In this document: positions 62,415-64,000 of the stretch, one piece after another | Numbering within the stretch: the stretch's first letter is position 1 | Layout of the letters: each line of letters begins with the position of its first letter | DNA from: Prevotella sp. UBA5379 | GTDB taxonomy: Bacteria; Bacteroidota; Bacteroidia; Bacteroidales; Bacteroidaceae | DNA: 64,000 nucleotides | Assembly (NCBI GenBank): GCA_002409785.1 | Contig: DHOX01000092.1 | Coordinates: forward strand, 39,593-103,592 | Reading direction: 5' to 3' | Translations under genes and position numbers: made by a program | The notes under the pieces: generated by a model | The model's input: only the letters and a program-made list of their open reading frames with translations | What the model was told of the DNA's origin: nothing | The model's database searches: none

Positions 62415-63532
62415 AAAGAATAAAACTCAAACAATTGTTTTTCATTTTCGTTATGCTTTTGACCCTTGCACCGGTTTCTTCGGTATCAGCAAGACAAAAA
62501 ATCGATGTGGGAAGCATTTTGTGGGGGCATATTAAAGATTCATACGACTGGCATCTTACCAAGATTGGCAAGACACCTATAGTCATTCATCTCCCTGTGA
62601 TCGTAAAGAGCAGTACGGGATGGCATGTCTTCTGCAGTAGTCGGTTTAGTGAACAGAAAAATGCTCAGGGGAATCGTCCAGGTCCTTACGGACTTTATAT
62701 CAAAGACAGCAAGGCAAAGAGTCATCCTGGCAAGATTATGGAGATGGTAAATGGGAAAGAGGTCCGTCCTCTCGACATCTCGATTACCAAGACCGTTTGT
62801 GTCCTGTTCATTGATGCCATCTTGCTCTTGATCTGTGTGTTGGTTCCGGCACGGTGGTGCAGACATCATAAATGGGATGATCCGGCGCCGAAGGGTTTCA
62901 CGGGCCTGATGCACATGTTTATCATGTCTATTTATAACGAGGCTGTTAAAGGTACGATGACGGAAAAGGAATCCGTTACATACGGTCCGTGGCTATTGAC
63001 TTGTTTCTTCTTTATCTTTCTCGCCAATGTGATGGGTGTCGTTCCTTTTCCACCAGGTGGAGGAAATCTGACGGGAAATATCACTTGTACATTCTTCCTG
63101 GGAATTACAACTTTTATTATTACTAATGTTACAGGTTCGAAAGAGTACTGGAAAGATATTTTCTGGCCGAAAGTACCTTTATGGCTGAAGTGTCCGGTAC
63201 CGTTGATGCCTATTATCAATTTGTTTGGTATCTTCACGAAACCGTTGGCTCTGATTATCCGACTTTTCGCCAACATGATGGCGGGACATGCCATGTCCTT
63301 GTCTTTTGCTGCGATGATCTTCATCATGTTCAATATCAGTGAGAATGCAGTGGTAGATGCTGCTGCTGGCACTGGAATGACTGTGGTGAGTGTTGCGATG
63401 AGTATCTTTATGATGCTTCTTGAACTTTTGGTTTGTTACATCCAGGCTCTGGTCTTTACGATGTTGAGTGCAGTGTTTATCCATCTGGCTCATGTGAAGG
63501 CTGAACCGGAACCGGAAGCAGTGAGAGCATAA
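62411..63532 (+). CDS. atpB: F0F1 ATP synthase subunit a
   Basis: KPLALIIRLFANMMAGH, ELLVCYIQALVFTML; N-terminal signal-like extension. Confidence 0.93.
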   Translation: MKRIKLKQLFFIFVMLLTLAPVSSVSARQKIDVGSILWGHIKDSYDWHLTKIGKTPIVIHLPVIVKSSTGWHVFCSSRFSEQKNAQGNRPGPYGLYIKDSKAKSHPGKIMEMVNGKEVRPLDISITKTVCVLFIDAILLLICVLVPARWCRHHKWDDPAPKGFTGLMHMFIMSIYNEAVKGTMTEKESVTYGPWLLTCFFFIFLANVMGVVPFPPGGGNLTGNITCTFFLGITTFIITNVTGSKEYWKDIFWPKVPLWLKCPVPLMPIINLFGIFTKPLALIIRLFANMMAGHAMSLSFAAMIFIMFNISENAVVDAAAGTGMTVVSVAMSIFMMLLELLVCYIQALVFTMLSAVFIHLAHVKAEPEPEAVRA

Positions 63533-63564
63533 ATCAAGAATAGAAAAAATTAATAAACAATTAA

Positions 63565-63816
<252 letters not shown>

Positions 63817-63850
63817 TATTGCTATTGATTGTAAACTTTAACCAGTATAT

Positions 63851-64000
63851 ATGGATTTATTAATTCCTGATAGCGGTTTGCTTTTTTGGATGACGCTCGT
63901 ATTCATTATTGTTTTTCTCATCTTGCTCAAATGGGGCTTCCCTTCCATAGTAAAGATGGTCAACAATAGAAAAATGAACATTGACGAGAGTATACGTCAT
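63851..64000 (+). CDS. atpF: F0F1 ATP synthase subunit b (partial, runs off window end)
   Basis: Manual translation: [50 protein letters not shown]. Confidence 0.9.
   Translation, partial: MDLLIPDSGLLFWMTLVFIIVFLILLKWGFPSIVKMVNNRKMNIDESIRH

Overview
A 64-kb stretch of core chromosome from a Bacteroidales bacterium, most likely Prevotella or a relative. This rests on the Bacteroidota TAnnTTTG -7 promoter motifs, the atpD-atpC-?-atpB-atpE-atpF order and the protein styles. It holds about 45 mostly housekeeping CDSs: partial nifJ/PFOR, truA, dapA, ansA, uxaC, glmS-purF-carA-carB, mtaB, rarA, clpC, gyrA plus three TPR paralogs, serC-serA-DUF1015, AddAB-like helicase/nuclease, pfkA and the start of the atp operon. 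There are three tRNAs (Gly-CCC, Thr-CGT, Ser-CGA). I see no CRISPR array, integrase, transposase or prophage. The best leads are: an unannotated 59-aa lipoprotein full of O-glycosylation sequons; DUF1015 with a ParB/SerK-type DGHHR motif sitting where serB is missing; an orphan ATP-grasp-like enzyme divergent from an AAA ATPase with a natural Walker-B E-to-Q change; a tRNA-Ser with a compensatory A19-U56 elbow pair; a GT2 lacking its DXD motif; an internally duplicated hypothetical protein with an acidic tail; several near-leaderless genes; a LacI-type operator at ansA/uxaC; and a 93-bp inverted-repeat element beside tRNA-Gly. All family calls are by eye, with no searches run.
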